NCBI GenBank assembly: GCA_044225505.1 | Contig: JBGAIN010000072.1 | Coordinates: forward strand, 1 to 42,305 | Reading direction: 5' to 3' | From: Limisphaerales bacterium | Lineage (GTDB): Bacteria; Verrucomicrobiota; Verrucomicrobiia; Limisphaerales; SIBE01 | DNA length: 42,305 bases | Shown: piece by piece, positions 18,581 to 30,043 of the stretch | Layout: each line of letters starts with the position of its first letter | Numbering within the stretch: position 1 is the first letter of the stretch | Made by a program: the position numbers and the translations under genes | The notes under the pieces: model-generated | Seen by the model: only the letters and a program-made list of their open reading frames with translations | Databases searched by the model: none | What the model was told of the DNA's origin: nothing

Positions 18581-19054
18581 TCAACCGCGGTAGATGATCA
18601 TGACCCCGAAATCGGTCATCAACTGCCGCGATCCCAAATCCAGGTGGGTGTAAGTCAGCGGCGTCACGCTGACGAGATTGCCCTCTCCGATCTTTTGCAG
18701 CACGTCCGACACGATCTCGTCAAATCGGTCGTGCCCAACTTCCACGCAGTCGGTCCGGCGGATGCACTTGATCCGTAGGCGTCGATCCGCTTCGGCGCGA
18801 GCCGCCGCTTCCAAAGGAGGCGCTGGCTTTTTGATCAGGGCCTCCGCGGGTTCATCGTGGACAGGAACCGTGAAATGGTATTCCTGCTTCGCTGCCGCGG
18901 ATGTGGCAATTGGATTGACGTGAATGTTCATCGGATTGGCCTCTGGAATCACAATGGCCGCACCGCAGGAGGGACATGCAATCTGATTGCCAGCCATCGC
19001 TGTCTCCGCCTCCAACTGCTGCTTGCAATTCGGACAACTGAATATCATGTCCAT
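18581..19054 (-). CDS. Hypothetical protein with N-terminal zinc ribbon (CPNC...CPSC)
   Basis: FSCPNCKQQLEA...IACPSCGAAIVIP, followed by a compact C-terminal domain. Confidence 0.75.
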   Translation of the reverse strand: MDMIFSCPNCKQQLEAETAMAGNQIACPSCGAAIVIPEANPMNIHVNPIATSAAAKQEYHFTVPVHDEPAEALIKKPAPPLEAAARAEADRRLRIKCIRRTDCVEVGHDRFDEIVSDVLQKIGEGNLVSVTPLTYTHLDLGSRQLMTDFGVMIIYRG

Positions 19055-19285
19055 ATATACGCCTCTTTCGGGGTTGAGCTGAGCGTAGCGCGCCGGTTTG
19101 AGAGTTTCCAGCAGAAACTTCGGGAACCATGATATTTTGAATCAAAGTTCCCGCAAATCGCTCGACGCCATCGTCGATTCCCGTTCGCTCGCGCCTACAG
19201 TCCCTCGAAAGCCCCAATCTCACCTTTAAGATTCACCCATCGACAAGCGAATGGTCCATGGCGCGGAGACCGAGGAGTCTCCGAG

Positions 19286-19320
19286 AAAAAAAGATCCTCC
19301 AAACCGGAGTCTGGAGGATC
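19286..19320 (-). terminator. Intrinsic terminator of the 3xLamG-like gene
   Basis: Minus strand GATCCTCCAGAC-TCCG-GTTTGGAGGATC followed by T7, 37 nt after the stop. Confidence 0.8.
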
Positions 19321-19357
19321 GAGCTCTGCTCTAAGCGGAATTAGAGGGATTTGGATT

Positions 19358-21877
19358 CTACGGGACGACGACCGCGCGGTAGAACCGCTGTCCGCGTCCG
19401 GAGCTCGAGGTCGGGTCCACCACGGAGAGGCTGGTTCCCGTGAGCGAAGGCACGTCCTGCAGCAATTTCCAGGAATCGGCTGCGGATAGGGAATCGCGAT
19501 AATCAACCCGATAATGCGTTCCCGCGACGCCCTGTAACACGAAGGACGGCTGCACTCCTGCGGCCGTGATCTTCAAGGATGGGCCAGAACCGCCGCCCGA
19601 GGTCGCGAAAGCAGCGGCGTGCTTCACGATATTGGTCTCAGCAACGATGCCGTTATAGACCACAATGCGAAAGATCCGGCCCACCATCGCTTCGCCACCG
19701 GTCGGAGTCGCTCCGAGGAACCCCGCACCCGTTGGCATGCCAAAGCCGTCGCTCACCTCCGTGGCAGTGCCAGCCAGAACACCATTGGTGTAGATCTTCA
19801 TGGAAAAGTCCGTCGAACTCCAAACATAGACAACATGGGTCGGACTCTTGGGAGAGGGAACCGCTGGAGTGAAGAGATAATCCGCAACGCCCAGTTGAGT
19901 GAAGCCCATCTGACCTGTGTTTTCCCATTGGGCGTAGCGAAGATTGCTGGTGGTATTTTCCCCCACGGCTAGGTAGCCGTCCGCTCGGCCCACCGGATCG
20001 CCTTCCAAGATGAACTCCATCGTGACATCACCCGAAGTCGTCCCGAAGTCAAATGGAACCCCGCCCGCCCCGGAAAGGGTCACAGCGTTGGTCAAGCTGG
20101 CGACAGGCACCAGGCCGGTATTCCTGTCTGCGGCAATGGCCGCGTCGTAGGCCGACAGTATGGGTGTTACCAACACTGTCAGCTTCGCTGTTACCGCAGA
20201 GACGTTGTTGGACGCAATCAACGTGTAAGACGCAGTAACGGTCGGCGAAACGGATTGATTGGTAGTTCCAGTTACATTCACACCATTGAGAAAGACCGCC
20301 GTCGCATTTTGAGTCTCCCAGGACAGCACACTGGAGCCTTGGCCAAGGATTTCGATCGGCGATGCTGTAAAGGAGCTGACAATCGGAGGGCGAAGCACGC
20401 TCGTGAACGCGTCGGCATGTCGCTTGATGGCTGTTTCCGGAACAACCTCATCATACACCACCACGCGAAAAATCCTGCCAAACATCAATTCACCGCCGGT
20501 CGGGTTAGCTCCGAGGAACCCAGCTCCCGTCGGCATGCCAAAGGCGTCACTCACGTTCGTGACTGTTCCTGCAGCCACGCCATTGACGTAGAACTTCATG
20601 GCAAATGTCGTTGCATTCCAAGCGTAGGCCACGTGAGTAGCAATGGTTGGCGACGGCACTCCGGGAACGAACATGTAGTCCGCCACGCCACCTTGGGTAA
20701 AGCCCATCTCATGGGTATTGGACCATTGTTCGTAACGCAAGCTGCTCGTCGTGTTCTCGCCAACGGCCAGGAATCCGGAATCCCCGGTCGCTTCCGGATC
20801 GCCTTCCAGGATAAACTCCATCGTGACGTCGCCGGAGTTCGGACCAAAATCGAACGCCTCGCCGGCCGCACCCGTCAGTGTCACCGTATTCGTTAGAGTC
20901 ACCAAGGGGGTCAATCCCGTAGCCTTATCCGCGGCGATGGCAGCGTCAAAGGTGTCTAAACGAGGATTGACTAGAACGGTGAGCTTTGAAGTGGCCACGG
21001 AAACCTCGTTAGAAGCTTGCAAGGTATAGCTCGTGGTAACAGCTGGAGAGACCGTCATATTTGTCCCGGTAACGACAACCCCGTTCAGGTAGACAGTCGT
21101 GCTATTTGCCACTTGCCATTTCAAGACCGCCGATCCGAGCGGTTGCAGCTCCGCGGGTGTAGCCGTGAAGGAAGTGATCACTGGAATTACTCCACTCGCG
21201 AATGCATCCGCGTGGCTTTTGATTTTTGCCTCTGGCAACACGCCGCTGTAGACTGTCACGCGGTAGATGGTGCCGACCATTTGCGCGCCACCTCCTTGGT
21301 CTGACCCGAGAAACCCTTGCCCGGTCGGCATCCCAAAGGTGTCCGAAACGCTCGTCGTCGTGCCGGCGAGAATGCCGTTGACGTACAGAGTCATCGTCAG
21401 GTCCGTCGCATTCCACGCGTAGGTCAAGTGCGCCGGATACAATGGCGAAGCCGCTTTGGGAGTAAACTCGTAGTCGGCCACACCCCCCTGCGTGAACCCA
21501 ACGCGATGAGTATCCTGCCACTGCGCAAACCGAAGACTGCTCGATGTGTTTTCACCCACTGCCAAATACTGTGCGCTGCCCACGGTCGGATCGCCCTTCA
21601 CGATGAACTCCATCGTGACATCTCCCGCGGTCGCACCGAAGTCAAACGCCGATCCGGCAGCTCCGGTAAGAACAACAGGGGTCGTAAGTTTCGCTGCCGC
21701 GGTGGTGGTAGTGTCCGCCGCAATCGCCGTGTCATAGGCAGTAAGCGCCTGGTCCAATTTGGTCGTCGCGGCTTGCGCCCGACGCGTTTCACATAGAGCC
21801 AGGACGGCAATCAAAACGAGCCAACTGCTCGCGCTGCCGTGGACCTGCCTCCAAACAGTTTCGAGGAACAATTTCAT
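19358..21877 (-). CDS. Secreted protein with three LamG/ConA-like jellyroll repeats, two Ig-like spacers and a C-terminal RFYR domain
   Basis: Signal peptide ending AQA. Three repeats of about 265 aa (FDFG..GDVTMEFI..GDP, H..Y.W....M..Y.NG, FGMPTG.GFLG). Ends DPTSSSGRGQRFYRAVVVP. Alternative start at 21910. Confidence 0.8.
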   Translation of the reverse strand: MKLFLETVWRQVHGSASSWLVLIAVLALCETRRAQAATTKLDQALTAYDTAIAADTTTTAAAKLTTPVVLTGAAGSAFDFGATAGDVTMEFIVKGDPTVGSAQYLAVGENTSSSLRFAQWQDTHRVGFTQGGVADYEFTPKAASPLYPAHLTYAWNATDLTMTLYVNGILAGTTTSVSDTFGMPTGQGFLGSDQGGGAQMVGTIYRVTVYSGVLPEAKIKSHADAFASGVIPVITSFTATPAELQPLGSAVLKWQVANSTTVYLNGVVVTGTNMTVSPAVTTSYTLQASNEVSVATSKLTVLVNPRLDTFDAAIAADKATGLTPLVTLTNTVTLTGAAGEAFDFGPNSGDVTMEFILEGDPEATGDSGFLAVGENTTSSLRYEQWSNTHEMGFTQGGVADYMFVPGVPSPTIATHVAYAWNATTFAMKFYVNGVAAGTVTNVSDAFGMPTGAGFLGANPTGGELMFGRIFRVVVYDEVVPETAIKRHADAFTSVLRPPIVSSFTASPIEILGQGSSVLSWETQNATAVFLNGVNVTGTTNQSVSPTVTASYTLIASNNVSAVTAKLTVLVTPILSAYDAAIAADRNTGLVPVASLTNAVTLSGAGGVPFDFGTTSGDVTMEFILEGDPVGRADGYLAVGENTTSNLRYAQWENTGQMGFTQLGVADYLFTPAVPSPKSPTHVVYVWSSTDFSMKIYTNGVLAGTATEVSDGFGMPTGAGFLGATPTGGEAMVGRIFRIVVYNGIVAETNIVKHAAAFATSGGGSGPSLKITAAGVQPSFVLQGVAGTHYRVDYRDSLSAADSWKLLQDVPSLTGTSLSVVDPTSSSGRGQRFYRAVVVP

Positions 21878-22501
21878 AAGGATTACATCATTGCGACCTT
21901 TCAATCGCATCCAAACGTTAGGTTTCTCCTTCCGGTTGGGAACTACCGGAACCTACTCGGGTCTACGCAATCCCGAGACGGGACGCCACTCTTTTCTTTA
22001 GATAGCATTACCCATCAGCCCTACTCATCTGAGCGCTGTTTTCACAAAAACCCTGCTGATGGCCAAAGATGTTCGTTCAGATCGCTTTTAACCAATCATC
22101 GTAAGATCATTCTGCTTGGTGCGCTGCACCGATGAATTTCTGTAAACGGTAGCGGACATCACTCGCGTCACAGCCTTTGCCTTCCGGAGTTTAGCTCCTT
22201 TTGCGAGCGCGAGCCCTAGCTCGATACCGCCCCGTAGCTTCCCCGCAATCGACGCATTTCCTCCCCATTGTATCCAACAGTGCCTGACATTATGAGCTGG
22301 ACCACGGCGCGAGATGGAGGATTTGCATGTCACGAAAATCCTATGGGAGATTGTCCAGAGTATGCTCAGATCGGAACGCCGAGCGAGAATCCTCGTATTG
22401 CTGACTCTCGCAGGTTTGAACGAAGGTAAAGATCTTCTCCGTGGCAGGTCTAAGTCAGTGGATCATGCCCAAACCGACGACGACCCATCCGAGGCCCTGG
22501 T

Positions 22502-23938
22502 TTATTGCGAAAGCCGTTCCAGAATGTTTCTGGTAATCCGGTCGACGATCACGTCGCCGCCGCGGAGACCGTGCGCCCAATCGGTGCTGCCGCAAGTGAA
22601 GACGGTGCCGCCCCGGGTGTATACTCCGAGCACGGCGTGACCTTGCCGACCGTTCTCCCAGCGGTCATACCATTGGCAATCATCTGGATGCCATTGGGCC
22701 GGGGCGGTGGCGAGGACTTCAAACGCTTCCGGGGTGCCGTCGCGATGGGTCGGGATCGGCAATCCGTTTGTCCAAGTCAACTCGCAACCATCACACTCGT
22801 AGCCCACGATGGTGTCTTTGCTCCCGAAATCGTCATTGCGGTTTAGGCCCGTGCCGGCGAAGACCCAATTCTCTGGCCGGTGAACGGTGAATGCGCCACT
22901 TCCATCCATCAATTGACCGTGGCTGCGGTGATAGCCACCCCAGAGAAAGCCGACGCCAGTAAGTTGGTTCTCCGGACGCTGCACCAAATAGTGACTCCAT
23001 AAAGAGGATAAAGTCGCGTAACTGCCACGGGCGGCGTAGACCGGGTCGGAGTGATAGTTCTGCTTCCAACACGTGAGGGCTTGCCCGTCGTCTTCCGCAC
23101 GGACCTGCCAGCAACAGGTGTTACCGCTAAAAAAGGCGACGTTACCGCCGTCCCGGATGAATTTCTCCAAGTTGTTCCGCATGGGAGCCGACCAGTATTC
23201 GTCGTGTCCCACGCTTAAGACCAGGCGATACGCCTGAAGCAATTCAGGGTGAGACTCGAGATCGCCGTTGGCTGCGAATTCGAGCTTGAACCCGTGACGT
23301 TCCGCCCACTCAACGAAGGGTTGTTCCCAGGTCCCGAACTGACTGGCGGGAGGGCGTTCGAACGAGACACGATGTCCCTGATTCCCGTCCCGGGCGTGGA
23401 AACCGTAGAGGCTAAAGCCGCCCCAATTGTTGTAGGCGTTGTAGGTATGAGTCGCGAGCTGGAGCAGGATTTTCGATGTTTTGCCCGGCTCGGCGGGGCG
23501 CAGGATGAAATAGCAGCTACTCTCGGCGGTGCGAGTGTTACGTTGGGTAAACTTGCCCCCGGTATCACGAGCCCGCAAGGTCACCTGGTAGTATCCGCTA
23601 CGCCACTCCATGGGAATCTTCAAAGTCACGGCCGCAGGCCAGCGGCAACCGCGCGAGGAAGCGTCATCAGGCACGGGATATTCGCGACCGACGACCGAGG
23701 CCGTTGACCAAACCAACTCGCGCTCGGCCCCGACACGGGCAATCTCAACGGCGAAGGTGGCCGCGGTGGTGGATACATGCAACGATAGTTCTTCGCCTGG
23801 CCCATAGCTCACCCGCCGAGCGTACCCTTCCACAAAGAGTGATTTAGGCTCTTCGGCAAAATGAACGAGAGGGAACAGAGCGCCCACCCACACCCAAACG
23901 AGGAGTTGAGCGACCGCGAGTTTCGTTCTCAATGGCAT
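22502..23938 (-). CDS. Exported N,N-dimethylformamidase beta-subunit-like protein (DMFA2_C/DUF6605-like)
   Basis: VEGYARRVSYGPGEELSLHVST, WRSGYY, TYNAYNNWGGFSLY, VSFERP, LSVGHDEYWS, GGNVAFFSGN, VGYECDG, GGTVFTCGSTDW. Likely start MPLRTKL followed by a hydrophobic stretch. Confidence 0.82.
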   Translation of the reverse strand: MPLRTKLAVAQLLVWVWVGALFPLVHFAEEPKSLFVEGYARRVSYGPGEELSLHVSTTAATFAVEIARVGAERELVWSTASVVGREYPVPDDASSRGCRWPAAVTLKIPMEWRSGYYQVTLRARDTGGKFTQRNTRTAESSCYFILRPAEPGKTSKILLQLATHTYNAYNNWGGFSLYGFHARDGNQGHRVSFERPPASQFGTWEQPFVEWAERHGFKLEFAANGDLESHPELLQAYRLVLSVGHDEYWSAPMRNNLEKFIRDGGNVAFFSGNTCCWQVRAEDDGQALTCWKQNYHSDPVYAARGSYATLSSLWSHYLVQRPENQLTGVGFLWGGYHRSHGQLMDGSGAFTVHRPENWVFAGTGLNRNDDFGSKDTIVGYECDGCELTWTNGLPIPTHRDGTPEAFEVLATAPAQWHPDDCQWYDRWENGRQGHAVLGVYTRGGTVFTCGSTDWAHGLRGGDVIVDRITRNILERLSQ

Positions 23939-24002
23939 AAGAATACGTTGGGGCCGAGTCGAGTTTTGACGATCGGGAAACGGTCGCGATTCGTTAAGAA
24001 TA

Positions 24003-25528
24003 TCACGATATCTGCGGGACGACGAATGGCTGACGATAATTGCGGGTGACCAGGGCATTGGCCTCCGCAGCGGAGTCCCCAGTGAATCGCTCGAGTCCGG
24101 TATCATATGTCAGCATCGGGCCAAGGACTTCGGTTGCAGTGAAGTTCACTTCATTCGCTCGCAGATGTTCGCGATAGCGCGAAACGGCGTCGGCGAACAC
24201 TGGATTCACCGCGACTTGTTCGAGGACGCTCCCCGAGGCGCCTATTCGCCCAAGGCGATGCGAGATGTTGACTTGGTGGCAGCACGCGGCCGACAGATGC
24301 CCCTCGCGAATCTCCGCATGCAACATTGAGGCCTTACGGCTGCGCACCGCTTCGATGAAATTCGCCATGTGGCCGCCGTCCATTTCGGCCCACGGGATCG
24401 GCCCAAATGTTTTGATCGCTTTACCCTGCGGGTCGTATGCTGTTCCCGTGAGATGAGCCCCGGCGAAGTAACCGCCTTCACATTGGAGAATCACGCCGAC
24501 TTTCGTGTTGAGAAACGAATCCATCGTCTTGGATGCCTTGTTTTCGGGCAGTCCCCGAATTTCGCAGTAGATGGCCCCAGGTTGATAGTCCAGGAAAGCG
24601 ACTTGTGTATTGGGAGTCTCTCCATCGTCGTCAAAGCCAAATCGTCCTCCAATGCTCATCACGCGTGGCGCGGCCGTTTCCAACTTCATGGCCCATCGGC
24701 ATAAGTCGATGTAGTGAACGCCGTTGTTTCCCATTTCACCGGAGCCAGTAGGCCAAGCCCAATGCCAATCGTAGTGTAGCTGCTTGCGTCGGAGTGGTCG
24801 TGGTTCGGCTGGTCCGCACCAAAGATCGTAGTCCACGGTCGCCGGGACCGGTGTCGGTTGCGTAGTTTTCCCAATGCTGGACCGTTGCCGGTAGAGAATA
24901 ATTCGCGCATACCGAATCGGCCCGAGATTGCCTTGCTGGACCCATGCAAACGCCTCGCGCAAGGCGGAACTGGACCGGGCCTGAGTGCCCGCTTGAACGA
25001 TGCGGCCGTACTTGCGCGCAGCGGCCACCATCTGCTGGCCCTCCCAAATATTGTAAGAAACAGGTTTTTCCACGTAAACGTCTTTGCCCGCCTGACAAGC
25101 CCACACCGTGGCTAGAGCATGCCAATGATTCGGCGTTGCCACCAGGACGGCGTCCACCGTTGGATCGTCGTAAACACGGCGAAGGTCAGAGTAAACCGCG
25201 ATCGAAGAGTTCGCGGCGTTCAGCTCCGCCGCTTGGCGCTCGACGATCGTTTTATCTACGTCACAGAGCGCGACAATCCGGACCCCAGGCACGCGGCGCA
25301 ATGCATCAATGAGCTGCCGCCCCTCCCGCCCACCCCTCCGACAGCATCCTTGGATCCAACACCGATCAAGGCGACACGGATGTCACTATTCGCACCGATC
25401 GGTTGGGCCGAAGTTGGCGCTGCTGGCGTGGTTCCAGGCCATGCTAAGACAAGAGCGCCGACACCCGCGCAACGCAGAAAGTCTCGACGCCGCATGCGGG
25501 TGACCTGGTGGAGTGAGGGAGTTGTCAT
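24003..25528 (-). CDS. Tat-exported Gfo/Idh/MocA-family oxidoreductase (one frameshift near 25320, probably an assembly error)
   Basis: RRDFLR Tat motif, IRVALIGVG. Restoring one base gives GGRGRQLIDALRRVPGVRIVALCDVD. Also ATPNHWH, KDVYVEKP, NNGVHYID. Confidence 0.88.
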
Positions 25529-25675
25529 AGCGTTTGCCGGATTCGTTTAGAGTTGGAGTAGAGAAACGGACTGCCGAGGGGAATGTGGCACGCGATCAGC
25601 CGAATCGCGATCAGAAATGGCGTCGTGCTGGGACTGGCATTAGAAAGGGATTTGAATGCTTGGAGCATAAGTTCA

Positions 25676-26506
25676 CTAAGGCCGAAGGTAGGAAACGATC
25701 GTCCGGAACTTTTTTGGGTTATCTCCAGGATTCTGTTGCGTCGCAAAGTCATCGCCCGGATCCCATAGCTTTGGATCGAAGGCCTGTTTGCTCGTGCTAA
25801 AGGACACGTGCATATCTCCCCAGAGCGCGTTGATTCCCGTCGGGTTCCGACTGGTCGTATGCGGCCGCGTGCGCACCGTGTAAATCAAATCTGTCACGAT
25901 GGTGCGTTGACTGACCAACTGCGTTGTCTTCTCCGCCACCAGACACCATTGTTCTTCGCCCGGTTGCGGCGACTTCTTCGCGAGTTGATCCGATTGCGGG
26001 TAATACATGTAGTTACCTCGCACGCCGTCGCGTTGGTCATCGGACTTTGGCCAAGGATACTTGGCGCTTTGATAAACCTCATACTCAAATCGGACCGGCT
26101 TGATCTCCTTGTAACGGAGACCTGGGTCGTAAAATGTCCGCGGCGCATCCAGGAGTTTTGCTGAGTAGAGATACCCTAAATTAACGTTGTCCTCCATTTT
26201 CGCCGGCAAGCCAGGGGCACCGAGGAAGAGGAAATAGCTTTGCCAGGGACCGGACCCGGCGACCTTTTCCGGGTTGAACTCGGCAGTAGGCAGGCGGTCA
26301 TTGGAATTATCCGCATACATTGCCACCGCCAATCCCTGCTGCCGGAGATTGTTGGTGCAGCTGATCCTTTGCGCGCGGTTTTTAGCGCCACCTAGCGCCG
26401 GCAGGAGCATGCCCGCCAGGATCGCAATAATCGCTATCACCACGAGCAACTCGATCAAGGTGAATCCCGTTATCAGACTAGGGATGGGCTGATGTGTCCG
26501 TTTCAT
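25676..26506 (-). CDS. Prepilin-type N-terminal cleavage/methylation protein with H-X9-DG-like C-terminal motif (PVC pseudopilin-like family)
   Basis: [28 protein letters not shown]....C.NNLRQ; C-terminal [20 protein letters not shown]. Confidence 0.9.
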   Translation of the reverse strand: MKRTHQPIPSLITGFTLIELLVVIAIIAILAGMLLPALGGAKNRAQRISCTNNLRQQGLAVAMYADNSNDRLPTAEFNPEKVAGSGPWQSYFLFLGAPGLPAKMEDNVNLGYLYSAKLLDAPRTFYDPGLRYKEIKPVRFEYEVYQSAKYPWPKSDDQRDGVRGNYMYYPQSDQLAKKSPQPGEEQWCLVAEKTTQLVSQRTIVTDLIYTVRTRPHTTSRNPTGINALWGDMHVSFSTSKQAFDPKLWDPGDDFATQQNPGDNPKKFRTIVSYLRP

Positions 26507-26581
26507 AAAATGAAGTGGAATGCCTGGCTACCAAGGCCGCCCGCAGTCTTGGCAGCCAGGCTTCAACCGCGCTTGAACGCC

Positions 26582-29500
26582 TCAAGGAAGAACCTGGAAG
26601 TTACACACCGTAACGGATCCTTCGGTGTCATCCACCGCGGCCCAGTTGTTCAAATTCTTGACGTCACCGGCCGTCGGTCGAAACGCGAAATCACTCCCAA
26701 CGGTTTGTTCCGTGCCGCCCGTGGGTGTGACGAAGACGGAATAGGTTTTTACGGGAACATTGACAGCAAGTCGGAATGCGTATTTTACGCCTCCCGCGAA
26801 CTCGATATTACTAGCGGACTCGTAAACATCGCCATTTCGAGCATCAATCGTCCCGTTGGTGTTGAATCGGACCAGGCATGCGAAGTCGCCGAAAGCCGTT
26901 TTGGCGTCTGCGGAAAGCGCGATGACTGCGTCCAAGGGGGCGCCCTGTGAGGGAGTGACATCGAAGGTCGCGGTAAAGGTGCCCGTTTGATTGGCAAACG
27001 GCGTATTGACCCAGGTGTTAATGGCTGGAGTCGTAACGCATTGGGGTGTTGCCCCGCCTGAACCTTGTCGAATACGGTAGAAGCTTCGGACGCCGCTTTT
27101 AAGGGCACCTGGATCTGTAAACGCCCGCTCCGATTGTGCCGAACCTATACTCTGAAACGGCCCGGTGACGGCTGTGGACTTTTCAACCTGAAAGACCGGC
27201 CCATCCCCCTCCCAACGCAAGGTGACGTTGCCGGATGTTGAGTCCGATTTGATCTCGATGATCCGGAGCGGTGTGGATGGCTCCGTCGCGCCCGCCGGAA
27301 GGAAGACCACGTCACGGAGATAGTTGCCCCCGTTGAAACTGCCAGTCGGTCGCGCATCTTTGGTTTCGCCAAAAACCCCGGCGTTCACCGGGTAAGATAA
27401 GTGCTGACCATTACCGCCGGCCACCACAAGATCCGCGGCCACGTTCGGATAGTTTCGCTTCGGACTGGTCCCCGTCGAGACCGAGACGGTATATTCGACG
27501 TTGGCTTCAATCGAAACATCGGGAATATCCAGTTGAATCCATCCGGTGGTTCCGCCGTACGTCCACGTGTATGGCCCTCCCACCACCGTCTCGTCACTGT
27601 TACGCCAAATGCGCGCGGTGTGATCGCCGGTTTCGCTGGCTAGGGCATACACGCGCAGGTGAGTGATGGTTCCAGCGACGGACGACTGGAACCTTGTCCC
27701 CAACTCGTAGTAGGCACCATCGAAATCGATATCCCGCCCCGTCTTGGTATCCGCAAAGATCGACTCCGGACCGATCGGCACAAACACTACATCACGGAGA
27801 TAATTGCCGCCATTGAAACTCCCAGTGGGGCGGCCGTCTTTGGTCTCAGTAAAGACCCCGGCGTTGACCGGGTAAGATAAATGTTGGTTATTGCCACCGG
27901 CCACCACCAGGTCGGCGGCCACGTTGGGATAATTCCGTTTGGGACTGCTGCCTGTGGAGACCGACACTGTGTATTCTACATCGGCGTCTATCTCCAGGTC
28001 AGGAATATCAAGTTCGATCCAGCCGTTCGTCCCACCGTAATTCCAGGTATAGGGCCCGCCAATCACCGTTTCGTCCGAATTCCGCCAAACGCGGGCCGTG
28101 TGATCGCCGGACTCGGTCGCGAGTGCATAGACGCGTAGGTGAGTGATTCGGCCCGGCGTCGAACTTTGGAATCTCGTCCCGAGTTCGTAATACGCACCGT
28201 CGAAGTCAATGTCGCGTCCGGTCTTTGAGTCAGCGAAAATTGTCTCTCGACCGGCGATAAACCCGGCGCCTTGGACCGCGAATTGAAACGGGTTTTCGTC
28301 CGCATCATCGTTCGCCACGCTGATCGTGGCCGCTCGGACGCCTGTGGCCGAGGGATCGAATCGGACCACGAAGGTGGCGTTGCTTCCGGCGGGCACCGGT
28401 GAGTTGGGTGCCGACGTCACAACAAAGTCTGCCGCGGCAAGTCCTGTCACCGTGATACGCGGACTCCCCGACAGATTCAGTGCCGTCGTGCCTGGATTCT
28501 GAATGGTAAACGTTTGATCCTGGAAAAATCCACCCACGCCAATGTTGCCGAAGTCCGTGCCATCCAAGACGGACGGGGTCCCGTCTCCGGTCACGATCAG
28601 TTTCCCATTGCCGCGCAAATCGAACTCCGGTCCTGGGGTTACGCTCAGCGGCGTCCCTTCAGCGTAGATGCAGTAGGTCCTCACAGCCGCATCACCAGGA
28701 GCTTGCGTGAGCGTGATCGGATCGGGCCACTGCCCAGCGAGGTCACTGTAGGCATAACTCCCGGAGGAATAGGTCCCCACGATGTCTGCTTGCACCCGGG
28801 CACCGGACGTGTCCGCCCAAATCACGAGCCAATAGTAGTCCCCGCCCGTTAGATTGATTGGAGCGACCAAGGGGAAGGCATTCCAGCCGTTGGTGGCGTT
28901 GACCACTTCCACGCTGCTTTGCAGGAGACGGTCGGCCAGCCCGTTGTTGTCCGCGTAGACCGCGCATTTGAAGATTCCTTCCAGAGCCAGGACCTTGGCG
29001 CGCAGTTCCGTGATGCGCATGTCCACCGGGGCGACGAAGCGGTTTCCATGGATCTGGGTTGCGTCGATGTTGCGAGCAAAGGCGCCCACACCGTCATTCC
29101 CGATGACGCCCGCTCCACCGCTCAACCCGGTCCCTTGAATTGCGAAGTCGTACGGATTCGCGGCGCTGTCCGCGTGGGGGATTGTCAGGATCGCCTTACG
29201 CACCCCAATGGCCGATGGATCAAAGCGGACGGTAAAGGCGGCGCTACCTCCTCCCGGCACGGTGGCCGAGGGTTGGGTCGTGATGACGAAGTCGGTGGCT
29301 TGCGCGCCGGACACCGCCACCAACGGATTGCCAGTGAGCTGCAGAGGAGTCTGGCCCAAGTTTTGAATCGTGAAGATCTGTTCGCGAGTGCCACTGTCGA
29401 GGCCGCGACTGCCAACGTCCGTGCCGTTGGCGGAGGTGGCGACGGTCGATCCATCCGCGATTCCGAAGTTGTTGCCCTTGACTTTCATCACGGTGCCGCT

Positions 29501-30043
29501 CAGATCCGTCTCGAAGACGATATCGCGCAAATAGGCGGCATTGTTGAAGCTATCCGTGGGACGAACTCCGGCGGCGCTGCTGAAAACACCCGCGCCCTGA
29601 GGATACTCGACATTCTGGCCATTGTTGCCCGCGCTAAGAAAGTAAGATCCGTTCGCTGGATAATAGCCGTCCGCAGTCGTGGAAATGGCAACGGTGTACT
29701 CTTGATCGGCGGCGACGGCGACATCGGGGATATCCAAAGTGATCCAAGCCTCGTCACCGCCATAGGTCCAAGAAATCGGTCCTGCGGTTAGGCTGTTGTC
29801 CGCGTTCCGCCAGATGCGGACCTGATGGTCGCCAATTTCTTCGGTAAGCGAGAAAACTCGAACTTGGGTGATTCTCCCTGGGAGCGACGGGCGAAAAACA
29901 GTGCCTAATTCCCAGTTGGGCGCGTCGCTCGGACGCCCACCGGGCGTCACTGTGTCCGGAAAGATGGATTCGGCCGCTCGAGCTGCGGACACGCTAAGTA
30001 ACGCAACGAGCGAATAGCGCAATAGATTAGGGAGTGCATTCAT
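26582..30043 (-). CDS. Large secreted multidomain protein: DUF4082 x3, choice-of-anchor-D/ASH Ig-like x2, one uncharacterised beta domain, internal RFYR-type domain, C-terminal beta-sandwich
   Basis: Signal peptide ending ARA. ELGT.F....G.IT..R...YLRD.VF repeats. FTIQN.G...L.L.G.P...FDPSA.GVR.A. A 480-bp near-identical tandem duplication lies at about 27290-28250. Confidence 0.85.
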   Translation of the reverse strand: MNALPNLLRYSLVALLSVSAARAAESIFPDTVTPGGRPSDAPNWELGTVFRPSLPGRITQVRVFSLTEEIGDHQVRIWRNADNSLTAGPISWTYGGDEAWITLDIPDVAVAADQEYTVAISTTADGYYPANGSYFLSAGNNGQNVEYPQGAGVFSSAAGVRPTDSFNNAAYLRDIVFETDLSGTVMKVKGNNFGIADGSTVATSANGTDVGSRGLDSGTREQIFTIQNLGQTPLQLTGNPLVAVSGAQATDFVITTQPSATVPGGGSAAFTVRFDPSAIGVRKAILTIPHADSAANPYDFAIQGTGLSGGAGVIGNDGVGAFARNIDATQIHGNRFVAPVDMRITELRAKVLALEGIFKCAVYADNNGLADRLLQSSVEVVNATNGWNAFPLVAPINLTGGDYYWLVIWADTSGARVQADIVGTYSSGSYAYSDLAGQWPDPITLTQAPGDAAVRTYCIYAEGTPLSVTPGPEFDLRGNGKLIVTGDGTPSVLDGTDFGNIGVGGFFQDQTFTIQNPGTTALNLSGSPRITVTGLAAADFVVTSAPNSPVPAGSNATFVVRFDPSATGVRAATISVANDDADENPFQFAVQGAGFIAGRETIFADSKTGRDIDFDGAYYELGTRFQSSTPGRITHLRVYALATESGDHTARVWRNSDETVIGGPYTWNYGGTNGWIELDIPDLEIDADVEYTVSVSTGSSPKRNYPNVAADLVVAGGNNQHLSYPVNAGVFTETKDGRPTGSFNGGNYLRDVVFVPIGPESIFADTKTGRDIDFDGAYYELGTRFQSSVAGTITHLRVYALASETGDHTARIWRNSDETVVGGPYTWTYGGTTGWIQLDIPDVSIEANVEYTVSVSTGTSPKRNYPNVAADLVVAGGNGQHLSYPVNAGVFGETKDARPTGSFNGGNYLRDVVFLPAGATEPSTPLRIIEIKSDSTSGNVTLRWEGDGPVFQVEKSTAVTGPFQSIGSAQSERAFTDPGALKSGVRSFYRIRQGSGGATPQCVTTPAINTWVNTPFANQTGTFTATFDVTPSQGAPLDAVIALSADAKTAFGDFACLVRFNTNGTIDARNGDVYESASNIEFAGGVKYAFRLAVNVPVKTYSVFVTPTGGTEQTVGSDFAFRPTAGDVKNLNNWAAVDDTEGSVTVCNFQVLP

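Noticed and set aside
21920..22300. Riboswitch (e.g. c-di-GMP-I) in the long intergenic region before the LamG gene
   Set aside because: Only short hairpins were found, and the GGGACGC-like stretch is on the wrong strand and lacks the second stem. An Rfam scan would be needed.
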